DNA of 64,000 nucleotides from an uncultured Lachnospiraceae bacterium (GTDB lineage Bacteria; Bacillota; Clostridia; Lachnospirales; Lachnospiraceae): NCBI GenBank assembly GCA_910577785.1, contig CAJTNT010000023.1, positions 4,074 to 68,073 of the forward strand, read 5' to 3'. Shown piece by piece: positions 62,459 to 64,000 of this stretch (position 1 is its first letter; each line of letters starts with the position of its first letter). The notes under the pieces were generated by a model. It saw only the letters and a program-made list of their open reading frames with translations, ran no database searches and was not told where the DNA came from. The position numbers and the translations under genes were made by a program.

Positions 62459-63265
62459 ATGAACCAAAAGCCCCACGCCCCATCCAAGCAGATACAGAAA
62501 CGCATTATGGAAGAGGTATTTCAGCGGCAGGAAAATGAGGCCATCCATAACCCATATGAACAGGAACTGCGGGAACTGTACAGCATTGAACAGGGGGATG
62601 AAGAGACTCTGGCCCAAAGTATCTCAGAAACATATGAAGGCGACTTCGGCGTACTGGCCAAGGATCCCTTGCGTTCCCACAAAAACCTGGTGATTGGCAA
62701 TATCACGATGGCCTCACGGGCGGCCATCCGGGGCGGGCTCAGCGTGGAGGAAGCCTTTACGGTAGCGGACAGCCTGATCCAGCAGTTGGAGGAAATTGAC
62801 AATATTCCAGACGTCTCGGCATTTAAGCAGCAGGCGCAGTACCTCTATGTCCGGCTGGTGGCCGCCGCCCGGGAGGCAGCCAAGAAGGCAGGGGCAAAAG
62901 GAAAAGAAAAAGAACCCAGGCCATTCCAGAATCCCTTGGTTGCCCGCACCAAGGATTACATTTTTACCCATCTGCACGATTCCATCCAGGTAGCCCAGAT
63001 CGCCAGCCACTTGCAGGTGAACCCCGATTACCTTTCCCATCTGTTCCATCGGCAGGAAAAGGTAACCGTTTCGCATTATATCCGCAGGGAGAAAATAAAA
63101 AGAGGCGAAAACCTGCTCAAATACTCCGATTACCGTATCCAGGACATCGCATTTTATCTGGGATTCTGCACCCAAAGTCATTTTGCAAAAGTATTCCAGC
63201 AGTTCGTAGGCATGAGCCCCAAGGAATACCGTAAAATGTATGGAATCTCACATGACAGCAATTAG
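62459..63265 (+). CDS. AraC-family transcriptional regulator
   Basis: 268 aa with RBS AAGGAGG. The C-terminal HTH pair is IQVAQIASHLQVNPDYLSHLFHRQEKVTVSHYI and IQDIAFYLGFCTQSHFAKVFQQFVGMSPKEYR. Confidence 0.88.
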   Translation: MNQKPHAPSKQIQKRIMEEVFQRQENEAIHNPYEQELRELYSIEQGDEETLAQSISETYEGDFGVLAKDPLRSHKNLVIGNITMASRAAIRGGLSVEEAFTVADSLIQQLEEIDNIPDVSAFKQQAQYLYVRLVAAAREAAKKAGAKGKEKEPRPFQNPLVARTKDYIFTHLHDSIQVAQIASHLQVNPDYLSHLFHRQEKVTVSHYIRREKIKRGENLLKYSDYRIQDIAFYLGFCTQSHFAKVFQQFVGMSPKEYRKMYGISHDSN

Positions 63266-64000
63266 AAATAGTTTCGCGATCTAAGAAATTCTCATTTTCA
63301 CTCATCCTCTTTCTTCCCAGTAAGGGGGATTACAACAAGAACCCATGCAGAATATATCCGCATAGGTTCTTGGGGGCTATGAGTTATGGATAACATTATA
63401 CTATATTTACGATGAACTCCACAGCCCGAAATACCAAAAGTCCCTCACGGATAAACTTCCTGTCATCAAACCATTCATCAAACAGGACTGGCGGTTCTGG
63501 AACGGATACTGCCTCCTCCGCTATGGCAAAGCTGTCAAACCAGCCAAACCCCAGAAAGGCAAACCCCATAAACTTGCCGCTGATGAAACTTATACCAAAA
63601 TTAAAGGGGTCAAAGCATATGGACAGTTGATTGAACGCCTGGATCGATGCTCATATACGGTAAACCGGAGTAATAATCAAAGAGCAGCAGCCGAGCAAGC
63701 GTATCCAGGCATCCGCGGGGCAATTTCCGCAGACAGGAAATCGAAATCTATTACTCTTTTGTCGGCAAGGTAGAGTTGCCTAAGGAAAGCCCGACCCGTC
63801 CAGCAGCCAGCCGGACAGGGAACGGCGTCATTTTTACGTTTCAATTCTTTTTCTGTTAATTTTCTTTTATCGTTATCCATAGATAATTCCTCGATCGCAT
63901 ACGCCCAGCACTGTGCCAATCAGAATCCTGGTACTGCCGAGTTTGTGTCCCTCCTGTTTTACAATCCGCTTGATTTGTCACATCAATCTCCATGGTTAAG

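Noticed and set aside
63366-63770. Open frame without a start codon containing ...KPHKLAADETYTKIKGVKAY..., reminiscent of the DETY(I/V)K(I/V)(K/R)G block around the first catalytic Asp of IS6-type transposases. Neighbouring short ORFs lie at 63412-63630 (+) and 63677-63919 (-).
   Set aside because: The similarity is limited to about 13 residues. There is no start codon, no identifiable second or third catalytic motif, and no terminal repeats. It may be a decayed transposase fragment, but I cannot support a call, and the window ends at 64000.
1-64000. Search for rRNA, tRNA, tmRNA, riboswitches other than the L10 leader, cas genes, reverse transcriptases, integrases, phage structural genes or known defence-system genes.
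   Set aside because: I recognised none by eye. tRNA and riboswitch detection without covariance tools is unreliable, so absence is provisional. tRNAscan-SE and Infernal/Rfam runs would settle it.

Overview
This is a 64-kb chromosomal window of about 50% GC. Gene content and signals fit a spore-forming Clostridia/Lachnospiraceae-type Firmicute. That is an inference from the rpmG-secE-nusG-rplKAJL order, an L10 leader ending in a terminator, a SigK-like promoter and secreted glycosidases carrying Big_2 domains. Core content falls into four groups. (i) A plant-glycan utilisation neighbourhood holds three giant secreted glycoside hydrolases (GH59-like 1744 aa, GH51-like 1455 aa, GH43 1474 aa), an AraR-like GntR/PBP1 regulator, an orphan YesN-type AraC response regulator and a YtfQRT-YjfF-type sugar ABC importer. 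(ii) The rpmG-secE-nusG-rplK-rplA-rplJ-rplL cluster. (iii) Housekeeping genes: hflX, fabH, cyclophilin, a small alarmone synthetase, DUF1015, a MocR regulator and a CwlC-like amidase. (iv) Signalling genes: a hybrid kinase with two receivers, a PhoPR-like pair, an orphan OmpR-type regulator, AraC regulators and an XRE-TPR regulator coupled to an ABC exporter. Accessory content includes one intact-looking IS (46404-48075, 17-bp TIRs) and one 622-bp internally deleted IS/MITE with perfect 26-bp TIRs (56533-57154). There is also a family of GC-rich structured intergenic repeats at 7 or more sites, and one clearly AT-rich islet of about 2.2 kb (57155-59300) bracketed by inverted copies of such a repeat. 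The most promising unannotated biology sits in that islet. It holds a type I toxin-antitoxin-like module: a 27-aa hydrophobic peptide at 57357-57440 with an SD-sequestering hairpin, plus a convergent small RNA driven by a consensus promoter. Next to it is a secreted 242-aa protein paired with a 93-aa three-TM protein; neither has a family I recognise, and the architecture looks like toxin plus immunity. Secondary candidates are: a TerD protein (with a long Pro/Ser/Ala-rich N-terminal extension) paired with AIM24 and separated from it by a 30/31/30-bp repeat-spacer-repeat; an orphan vsr with no methyltransferase nearby; an NYN/PIN-like protein with an uncharacterised C-terminal domain; and a ParA/MinD-like protein with a degenerate Walker A. 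I saw no rRNA, tRNA, cas genes, prophage or recognised defence island. All family assignments come from motif recognition by eye, not from database searches.
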